A stretch of DNA of 64,000 bases, taken from NCBI RefSeq assembly GCF_018350175.1, contig NC_058373.1:110300001-110364000 (forward strand), read 5' to 3'. Every line of letters begins with the position of its first letter. The stretch's first letter is position 1. The position numbers were made by a program, and so were the translations under genes. The notes beneath the pieces are model-generated. The model saw only the letters and a program-made list of their open reading frames with translations, ran no database searches and had not been told where the DNA came from. This DNA is from Felis catus. Taxonomy: Eukaryota. Positions 47,764-64,000 of the stretch are shown piece after piece.

Positions 47764-49755
47764 GGGGTGCCTGGGTGGCTCAGCCAGTTACGCGTCTTTG
47801 ACTCAGGTCATGATCTCACAGTGCGTGGGTTCGAGCCCCGCGTCGGGCTCTGTGCTGACAGCTCAGAGCCTGGAACCTGCTTCAGATTCTGGGTCTCCCT
47901 CTCTCTCTGCCCCTCGCCCGCTTGCATTCTGTGTGTGTGTGTGTCTCTCTCTCTCAAAAATAAACAGTAAAAAAAAAAATGTTTTAAAAAAGTAGTGAAA
48001 CAAATCAGTTAGTAAAAAAAATTGTTTAAAAAAAGTATTTAAAAAACGTCAGGATTCATTTCAGAACACAGTTCAATTACTTTACATGAAACTAAAGAAG
48101 ACAAGATCTTGGCACCATGCCCCACACATACCAAAGAAAGTAAAATAAAAACAAAGACATAATCTCCTCTCCTCTTTATCACCTGGGAACAGCTGTGTGT
48201 TCCTCTCACTAACCTACCTGATGACATTCTGAGCAGTACACCGAGGCGGGGGGTGGGGGGGTAGACTCCCCAAGATCTGCCACATCCTACGTTCAAAGGA
48301 TGAAGATATAAGCTCTCCTTGACTGAAGGCAAATAAATCAGAAAATCTTAAGTGTTTAATAAAAATCCCAGAATACTAGCCAAAGGAAAAATGTGCTTTG
48401 GGGAGGTATATGTGGTGTTTGCCTCTTTGCTTTAAGGTAAGGAAGCTCTAGCCATGACCCATCCCTTTATCACCGCCTCCTACCCCAGCACCACGAGAAC
48501 AGGCCAGTGTTTGAGAAAGGCCCGTGATAGGAAACCAGCAGGCTGATGTTCACAATGCTTTGCTCCCACAGTCCGTCAATAGAAAAGGCCCCGTCTGGCC
48601 TCTTCAGCATCCTTCTGTGTATCCTTTTGTGCCTCTGCCTTCCACTCACCTGCCTCACGGGAGCTCTCCCCAAAACTCAGAGTGAACCAGGGCTTGAGTT
48701 GTTGTCTCCATCATCTTCTTAATGGCAAAGAGCATTGCCTGGTTCTAACCCTCTATTTCTTTCATTGAACAAAAAGTTTCATCCTTTTTAAGTCTTAAAA
48801 CTGCTTGGACAAATGGACCTCTTCCAGGGGCTCCTGGGTGGCTCAGTCGGTTGAGCATTTGACTTCAGCTCAGGTCATGATCTCATGGTTTGTGGGCTCA
48901 AGCCCCACAGTGGGCTCTGTGCTGACAGCTCAGAGCCCAGAGCGTGCTTCAGAGGCTCCCTCTCTCTCTGCCCCTCCCCTGCTCATGCTCTGTCACTCTC
49001 TCTCTCTCTCTCTCTGCCCCTCCCCTGCTCATGCTCTGTCACTCACTCTCAAAAACAAACGTTAAAAAAAATCTAAAAACACAGACCACTTCCTAATTTT
49101 AAATATTTTTAAAGACTATTTGCAGACTGATCCGACTCCATGTCCTACATTCGGTACCCTTGATTCTATCCAGGGGAAAACGTATTCAGTCTTCAGGTTT
49201 CTGGATGACAAGATGGCTGGTCCCACCACTCTTAATTTGGATATGTTGTTATGTTAACTACAACACTTGTATAACACTTTTGAGTTCTAAAACATTTTAG
49301 CAAACATTGTAACAGGCTGTTAAATGCAGTGTTTTCTGTGATCTCCAAATTTTAGAAGCCAAGTTTCAGAAGCCGCATCAAAGGCTGAGAATCATAAAGT
49401 TATGCCAAGTGCCCCTCACATCCTAGGTTGTGTGTAAGAGGATGTGCTGAGAGAGGAATCAAAATGGTGATGTCCTTTCTCTATCTCTCTCCCCGTAGCA
49501 AGGACGATACTCTTCTGCTACTAAAGCCTAGCAAGGACCAGACCCCCGATTACCTGTTTCAGTGTATATCGCTATTCTAGACCAAACACATGTATCTAGT
49601 TCACTTTGACATTTTTACTATTTAGAAGTCATTGGCACATACCTGAAACCAAATAAACATTTACTAAACTGAAATTGAATTGGATAATAAAGTTAATATT
49701 CATTCTATATTATGTCATTAGAAGAGATAAATAACCCAGAACGTAAGCAAGTAAG

Positions 49756-49794
<39 letters not shown>

Positions 49795-50070
49795 AAATAA
49801 ATAGAGATAAATAACACAGAAGTATGCAGCTCTTTAAAACATAGCTACCTACATCCGAAACTAATACCGGGGCACTTGGGGAGCTCAGTCGGTTAAGTGT
49901 CCGACTTCAGGTCATGATTTGACGGTTCATGAGTTCAAGCCCTGCGTGGGGCTCTGTGCTGACGGCTCAGAGCCTGGAGCCTGCTACAGATTCTGTGTCT
50001 CCCTCTCTCTCTGCCCCTCCCCCACACACAGTTCTGCTCTGTCTCTCAAAGCTGAATGTTAAAAAAATTT
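47764..50070 (+). mobile_element. Can-SINEs (47764-48045, 48827-49080, 49869-50070)
   Basis: SINE motifs and tails. Confidence 0.88.
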
Positions 50071-51049
50071 TGAGACTAATATTGTATGTCAACTGTACCT
50101 CAAAAAAAAAAGGAAAACAAATATCCCGTTAAAAATGGACTATTTTAACAAATACTTCCCCAAAGAAGATACAGATATTACAAAGCAGCATACGAAAAAA
50201 TTCACATCATTAGTTACAGGAAAAAACCAAAGAAACCACAAATATATGCCATTACACACCTGTTAGCATGACTGAGGGTCCTGCATCCCAGGAAACTCCT
50301 CAGTCTCAGGTAAATCTAAATAGTTGGTCACCCCCAAATACATTTTATATAAAGTTTTATAAAATGCAAACTAATCTGTGCCATTTTATGTTGACTATGT
50401 TTTATAGTGACAGAAATTGTATTGGGGGGGTTGCATGGGATTGGACAGGGGGAAGAAATGAAGAAGGGGGAAATTAGGAAGGGGCACAAGGAAACTTCTG
50501 AGTGTAATAGATATGTTCACTATCTTAACTGTGGTGACACTTTCAGGGGCGTATATGATTGCCCAAATGCATAAAATTGTATGCTTTAAACATGTACAGT
50601 TTATTGTATATTAATTATACCTCATAGTTCTGTTAAAAACACTGTCTTGGCTATAAAAAAGTCAGATATAAACACATACATACATATACATACATATGAC
50701 TACTAACAAACCCTGACCTGGCCACCTAGCATGCTGATACCAATTCAGACCTGACTGAATGATGTCATCCCAACTTGAGCTCGTCACTTACGCAGGAGAC
50801 TACCTCCAGACAGCCCAATGCTTACCTAGCACACAAGGGAAGCTGACAGCAACCCTCAGAGTAGCAGCCCTCAGAGACTCTGCTCTCCCAATACGGGACA
50901 GAGAACATCCCCAGCCTTTGGACTTTAAGAAACCTACTCCATTTCTCTTTTCCTGACCCTTATCCCCAGGGTCTCCCTCCTGTACTGGATACAGTCGCTG
51001 CTGCGCAGTATGTCTTTTCCATTCAGGCTACAATTTTTGCCCTCTTCGT

Positions 51050-57290
<6,241 letters not shown>

Positions 57291-59161
57291 CTATTTTTAA
57301 TGTAACGCTACAAATAATCCAAAACAACAACAGCAAAAGCCTATACCTTCAAATGCTTAAAATCTAGCACACAAAAGACCCCTCTCTCCTGACAATGGAA
57401 ATTTCCCAGGAGAAACAGAATTCCGTTTTCCTAAATGCATTTGACAACTGTTTTGACTACCAAGTGAGAAAGGAACTTTGTGAAAAGAAGATTTCCTAAA
57501 TATAGATTGAGTGTAAACAAATTCTACTCAATTTACCACCACAAATGGTAATTACGTCACATGCCTGACTCACCCTCTGTAATTTTATGATGGCAGTTCT
57601 GTCAGATGCTGCAGGAGGGACGCTGTAGCCTTGGTCTTTCCCATTTGCACAGATGATACTTCTAGCTTTCACAACAACACAATATGATGTCTCGGAGGCT
57701 AAACTGACAGTAAGAAGCCTTGCCAAACAGAAGGCTTTCCTACTGCAAAGTGGTGTAACAAGAAGCACATGGCTTTGCAAGGAGCACTCTGCTTCACAGA
57801 AAGGAGCTCTAAATTATTTCCAAAAGTAAGAGAAGCCCCATAATCTAGCACTTGATGATCCTCCTGTGCCAAGATGGGAATGAACTTTTCAAGCAACAAA
57901 GACAGAAATCGCAGCACACGTGTGAGGTAAGGTCTGTAGGTGGATTCAAGGAGATCAGGAAAAGTCCATTTTCTTCCACGATCAATTTCAAAGATCTCAG
58001 TGGGACGTACTCTATACACACATCACCTTAATCGCTGATGTAAGCCTCGTATTATGTCGTAAAAGGTGAATGGTACAAATGTCAAGAAGGTGCCAGAAGC
58101 GCCAGAGCATTTAGGAGTCTTCTTTGGCTTTCTCTACAATTTTCATTCGTCCAACAGTTGACCATTTCTATTCACAAACTGTTTTCTGGAACTGGGGTGG
58201 AGAGTGCACTGGGTGTAGGGGAAATGCCCTGCTAGGCAGGGAGGGCCAGATTGAAACCCAACTGGGAAGTACATAAAGGTTGTCTTCGGGGTCTCTATAT
58301 CTCCTTCTTCATTTCCCCCCTTCCCCTCCCTCAGGACTGACTCTCCCTGCCCAGATCCAGCCCTCTATCTCCATGCTCCATGCCAAGGCTCAAGAAGCAC
58401 TGCTCTGTATGTCTCCCTTTCCCTCTCATCAGATCTAGTGCCAGTGGCCAACAGTACGTGGGGGTGTTAGACACGCAGGAAAGTGTAGGTTACAGAAGGA
58501 GTGGGCAGGTGCCCAGAAGGTGGCCACAGGGTCTGCATTGAGTTTTGGCTTCAGGAACTGCTGCTTTGGATGATTTAAAATAAAGTGGCATCAAACGATC
58601 CCAGAGATTCCCATTGTTTCCAGCATGAAGTTGTAAGACTGGATAAAATCTAGGTAGCAAAGCCCCATATGATGCCCAAATGAAGGTATCCGTAAGTCAT
58701 CAGTTGGAGGATTAAAACTTGCATATACAAAACAACAACAACAAAAACTTGCATACCCATATTATTTCAGAAAGAAATAAGCCAACGAGAGTAAATAGCT
58801 AAGCAAAGCAAGCAATACCAGGGACAGGAGCTGGGCCAAACACCAGGTAGGTGGTAAACTAAACAGTGTCAACACTACATAAAAACTTAGAAATGTGTAC
58901 AAAATAGCACAACTGTATTTACTGCAGCAATGTTTATAATGGCAAAAAAAAAAAAAAAAAGCTGTAATTAAGTAAAGGCCCATCAAAGAAATGGTTGAAC
59001 AATTCAGACAATGTCCTCACTCAAAGAATGAGTTAGACCTCTCCTAGCTGACCTGGAGGTATTTCACAGCATTTTGGAAAGTAAAAACGCAAGACACAGA
59101 GAAGTATTTGTATATATAGGTATCCCAACTTTTAAAATTATGCTAATTTTTTAAAGTGAGG

Positions 59162-59179
59162 TTTTTTGTTTTTGTTTTT

Positions 59180-59225
<46 letters not shown>

Positions 59226-59396
59226 TGTGAGCCGGGGAGAGGGGCAGGGGCAGAGGGAGAAAGAGAGAGAATCCCAAGCAGGCTCCACACTCAGCACAGG
59301 GCCCCATGTGGGGCTCGATCCCACGACCCTGGGATCATGACCCAAGCCGAAACCAAAAGTTGGACACTCAACCAGCTGAGCCACCCAGGTTCCCCC
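59162..59396 (-). mobile_element. Antisense Can-SINE with long (GA)n
   Basis: SINE motifs. Confidence 0.9.
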
Positions 59397-59689
59397 TAAC
59401 TTTGTTTAAATAGGGGGAAAAAGCTTATCTATGTGGATATTGGAGGGGACGTATTATTTTAAAAGATTATTAGAGGATAGAAGAAGGTATAAAATCTATC
59501 CTCTGGTTGTTAAGACTAGCTAGTTGGTGTTGGGCTGGAAGGGTCAAGCCAATAATTAGATGAAAGTAGGCCTCTTTCAAAGTCTTTATAATTTTTAACA
59601 TAAAATGCTCTGCTGTTTATGTAAAATTATACATATAAGCCTGTGTGTGCGTGGGTATCTCCCTCTCTGTGTATGTATGTGTGTGTGCG

Positions 59690-59800
59690 TATATCTATCT
59701 ACCTATCTACCTACCCATCTCTACCTATGTACCTACCTACATCTATCGAGAGCTGTCTGTCTATCTATCTACCTACCTATCTATCTATCTATCTATCTAC
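59690..59800. repeat. (TCTA/CCTA)n compound tetranucleotide repeat
   Basis: Read directly from sequence. Confidence 0.9.
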
Positions 59801-60949
59801 AGAGAGCTGTTAAAGATTGGTTTCCAAACTTATGGTGGTTATCTTGCCCAGGGGCGGGGGGGATTCCTGGTGATTTTTTTCTTCCTTGTATGTTTTTCTT
59901 TTGTTTGAATGTTTACAAGAACCAGGTTTTACTTATATAATAAGAAAAGAGCAGCAACACTACCACACCCATGTACCTTCAGTGCCTCTCTCATTTCTCA
60001 CTTCGAACCCCGATGTTTCCTTCAAGTCAGGCCCTTCCTCCCTGGCCCCTCCACAGCAAGTCCGTTCAGGCTCTCATCGTCCCTGATGACTCTGTGTAGG
60101 CCCCTGCCTCTGTCTCTCCCCTCTCCAGCCAGTCCTCCGCGTGGAAGCCACAGTGATCTCTACAGAACGCTTCTCTGTCCGTGATACTGCCCTGCCTGGA
60201 CCTCTTCTAGGGCTGCTCAGCACCCCAGGGGCAGTTCTCGGCCAAGGCGTGCAGTGTAATCTCCAGTACCACCCTGCACAACCATACGCACCTCCCTCTG
60301 CTCCTCTGCACAGCCTGCAGCTCCTGGCCCTCCTTTCATTCCTCCTAGTGCTTCCCTTGTCCCGCCAATGTATGCCCGTCCCTGAAGACGCACTCAAACC
60401 GTGTTTCCTTCTGCAGCCACTCCTGTGTCTCTCCTGGTTTCCCACAGCACTCTGTACCTACTCTATTAGACCACCGATCACTGCTTTTCATAATTTGTTT
60501 TCTCTCTCTCCCTCCCTAGAGTGTGAGCTGTTGGAAGGCAGGACTACATCTTCAATGTCTTTACCAAATGAATAAATGAAATCAATGAATGAATGAATCT
60601 ATAAAAGCAAAAGAGTAAATATAAATGCGGGTCAACCATGTAAAATGCCTGTATAAACAATGAACAAAGCTGTAAAGTAAGTATTTTAAAGTTTTTTTTT
60701 TTTCTTTTCCAACTTGAGCCACTTTTTTAAATTACTGCCAGTAATTCAGCCAGTGAATAATTCATATTCAAGTTACCAAAAGTTAACTACTGTTTCAATC
60801 CCTAGAAAACGAAACAGAGAAGTCAGAAAGGAAGCCATTTTTCCCTTTTTAAGTAAAATAAGAAGTTTGATACTGTTCTTCCCACCAGGCTAGTTCTAGA
60901 AACAGCATCTCTCCCCCATAAAACACAGCCCAGCTGTGTGGCTACTTAC

Positions 60950-61083
60950 TGGAGTTGAGGAGGACCATGGCCTTGACACAGAGATACTCTTTGTGTTGGA
61001 GTTTTAACTCACGGAACCTTGAAGTCGTTGCCAAGAGCATGTCGAAGATTTCCAGAATTCCTTCTACACATTTCCCCTCATCC
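60950..61083 (-). CDS. ESR2: ESR2 coding exon (R)[44 protein letters not shown]
   Basis: TTTGTAG|G acceptor, CCA|GTAAGT donor, 134 nt (phase 2 to 1); diagnostic ER-beta LBD. Confidence 0.97.
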
Positions 61084-62697
61084 CTACAAAAGTTTGTTTG
61101 GAAATTTAAGAAACATGCAGCACTAGGCAACCAGCAAAAGCAATGAGTATTTTCTTGTTAACCTCAAATTTCATCTTGAACACCCTTTAACTCTGACAAA
61201 CCGGTAATGAAAGCACATCCAGTGGTATAAAATTACTAGAATAATCTTCACATAGAGAGGATAGGGAACTTCTATAAATTCCGACAGCAAACATTTGAAT
61301 GAATGCTACTGAGACAAAAGTGTGCATTAGAAATACATTTTCCTTCTACCTGCGCACCAAATGTTTCCTTAACAGACTGCCGTTTCTGTTGATCATTTTC
61401 CTTCCTAGACCCTGTCGGCCAACCAGCCCTAGTTACGACACACGTTGCTAAAATGCGACCTTCCGTGATCCCATCAGAAGACTTTGAAGGGCTAATGAGG
61501 AAGACTGAATGATACTGAAACAATCCTTCACACGGGAGGGCTTAACTCACTTCCTGGAGGTCATGTAAGAAACTGGTGGGGCAACTAAGAGACATTTAAC
61601 GTAACTTGAAAAAAAGCCAAAGAAATCACAATGCGAGAAGACAGGTTAGAATCAGGAAAGGAAGGTAGAAATGGAAATATGCACATTTTTGACTTGCCAA
61701 AGATTATTTTTAAGCAAAGGTTTTAGACAAACTTCAAACCATATAATCAAAATTCTTTTGAACATTCATAGAAATGAATTTTTATATGCATACTTTTGAA
61801 GGAAGTTACCTGAACTGTATCTGGAAAATACCAGCTTCAGTTCACTCCAGCCAGACACACATTATTCTGCCTCACTGCTCCCCCCAAAATCTTCTATTAT
61901 CATCAGCCATAGTCATTGGAAGCCCTTGACAAGCAGTTAGATGATTTTCCCATGAAACTTCATTTGCTTAACACCTGCAGAGCATGATGAAGGGGAGCCT
62001 GGCAGAGGTGGGTGTCTGCGGGTTTCATCCTTAGTCTCCCACGCAGCCCCTGAAGGGAACCTGAGATCTTCAGAGAACTGACTGTTCCCTCTCCTCCTCC
62101 CCCCAACCCCAAGCCAGGACGTTTCCAGTGATGGCGGTGGCTGGAGAAAGGGCCTCTGCGGAATCGAAATGGAGCACCGATGGCGGTGAGTCTTTCCCAT
62201 TGGGTTCTGTGAGAGGACAGCAGCTGGCCAGGATCCTGCATTCCACAGCATCCAAACCCTCGCAGACTCACCTGCACAAAGCTACAAGCAAGCCAACTGC
62301 AAGTTGCAAACAAATATGGTAACTTCTGCAACCACCTGAGGCTTTCCGAACATGCACAGGTTAAGTGATAAAACGCCAGTGCCTCCTAGAAATCACTCAT
62401 AGGGAAAGGCCACCTTGGAGAATCAGCCCTGGGCAAAGGGTGCCCAAACCGGTAGGAAACCTCCAAATCTCCCCTCCTCCCACCTCCCCTGCTCTGGGCT
62501 TTCCCAGGCAGCCAGCTGCAAGTGTCCAGTAAGGACAATGCATGCTTTGCACGTAGTGAAATACCTATTCCCTGAAGGCCCTTCATGCCACATAATCAAA
62601 TCACTATGCTTGGGGACAATTATTGGAAATCGTAATTGTTGGGCTTGAGGTGAGCTGATGCTGAATAAAACTGGTTCTAAAATGTCTTGGGGGGTCA

Positions 62698-63690
62698 GGG
62701 GCACCTGGCTGGCTCAGTCTTTACAGCATGTTACACATTTGTAATGACTATTTTAATGATCATTTCTTTATTTTTAACAAGGAGAGTGCACGTGCATGAG
62801 TGGGAGAGAGGCAGAGAGAAAGGGAAAAAGAGAATCCCAAGCAGGCTCCCCTTCAGCATGGAGCCCAAAGCGGGGCTCAATCTCATAAACTTGAGATCAC
62901 AACCTGAGCTGGTATCACGAGTTGGACACTTAACCGACTGGGCCCCCCCGGTGCCCTGAGCATGTGACTTTTTTTTTAAGTTTATTTATTTTGACGGGAG
63001 AAGGGCAGAGGATGAGAAGGAAAGAGAAAGAATCCCAAGCAGGCTCTGCACTATCAGCGCAGAGCCCAAAGACAGGTTCAAACTCACAAATCTCGAGATC
63101 ATGACCTGAGCCAAAATCAAGATGACTCACCGACTAAGCCACCCAGGCGCCCCAGAGCACGTGACTCTTGATATCAGGGTTGTAAGTTCATGCCCCACGT
63201 TGGGTGTAGATATTACTTTAAAAAAAAATCTTTGCAGGGGCACCTGGGTGGCTCAGTCAGTTAAGGGTCCGACTTCGGCTCAGGTCATGATCTTGCGGTT
63301 TGTGAGTTCGAGCCCTGCATCGGGCTCTGTGCTGACAGCTCAGAGCCTGGAGCCTGGAGCCTGCTTCAGATTCTGTGTCTCCTTCTCTCTCTGCCCCTCC
63401 CCACTGTGCTCTGTCTCTATCAAAAATAAAAAAAAAATTTTTTTTTAAATCTTTACAAAACTAAATAAATAGGGGCACCTGGGTGGCTCATTCGATTAAG
63501 TGACCAGCTGTGGCTCAGGTCATGATATCGCAGTTCGTGGGTTCAAGCCCCATGTCGGGCTCTGTACTGACAGCTCAGAGCCTGGATCCTGCTTTGGATC
63601 CTGGGTCCCCCTCGCTCTCTGCTCCTCCCCCACTTGCACTCTGTCTCTGTCTCAAAAAATGAATAAACATTAAAAAATAAAATAAAATGA
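62698..63690. mobile_element. SINE pile: short + SINE split by two - SINEs (62698-63225), then two + SINEs (63237-63448, 63472-63690)
   Basis: Repeated AGCA(T/C)GTGAC-type target duplications; SINE heads and tails. Confidence 0.85.
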
Positions 63691-64000
63691 AACTAACAAA
63701 CTAAATAAACAAAACAAAATATCTCTGGGGACAAAAACAAAAAGCCCCCCAAGTCCTTCATTGATTAACAGTTTGGCTCTTCTCTTTGAGACCCAGTCAG
63801 AGGTGGGGTCATGCACATGTAGAGGCATGCATACTCACACCACTCCCCAAACAGTATGATAAGAGGATTCATCTGAAATCAAAACCATTTTGTTCAGAGG
63901 TTGCCACGTGTACCTAAAAACACATCCCTAAGTATTGAAACTAGTATAATTTCCTCATTAAAATGCATGCCATTTTTTTAAAGTTTATTTTGAGTGAGAA

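Noticed and set aside
62040..62085. FSEDLRF... on the - strand, superficially like the rodent 18-aa ER-beta insert exon (SSEDPHW...)
   Set aside because: Similarity limited to a few bases, upstream sequence purine-rich (no acceptor), and no 54-nt phase-compatible exon

Overview
Mammalian genomic DNA, almost certainly a felid: it is dense in tRNA-derived SINEC_Fc/Can-SINEs and carries an L1_Fc-type 3' fragment. Two genes converge tail-to-tail. On the + strand are the last 17 coding exons of SYNE2 (nesprin-2: spectrin repeats, adaptive-domain exon, DV23 cassette exon, transmembrane/KASH terminus ending PPPT*, stop 33134-33136, poly(A) signal about 33969). A phase-compatible internal first exon at about 1400-1634 (MVFSHQQ...) would give a ~906-aa short isoform of epsilon-2 size. 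On the - strand are the last three coding exons of ESR2 (ER-beta ligand-binding domain, stop 42432-42434). All exon junctions were checked for GT-AG and reading-frame continuity. Most interesting non-obvious items: (1) an apparently intact counterpart of the human ER-beta2/cx alternative terminal exon, with acceptor, early stop and poly(A) signal; (2) a young 311-bp solo LTR with a perfect CArG box, nested in SINE-in-SINE between the two gene ends; (3) a 73/74-bp near-identical inverted repeat made of ancient MER82 sequence in the last ESR2 intron; (4) a tailless 36-nt U2 snRNA retrocopy; (5) two sequence-encoded routes to KASH-less nesprin-2. No CRISPR, rRNA or prokaryote-type system is present. 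Nearly all other ORF-track entries are SINE or low-complexity artefacts. Comparisons to human sequence and repeat consensuses are from memory and need alignment to confirm.
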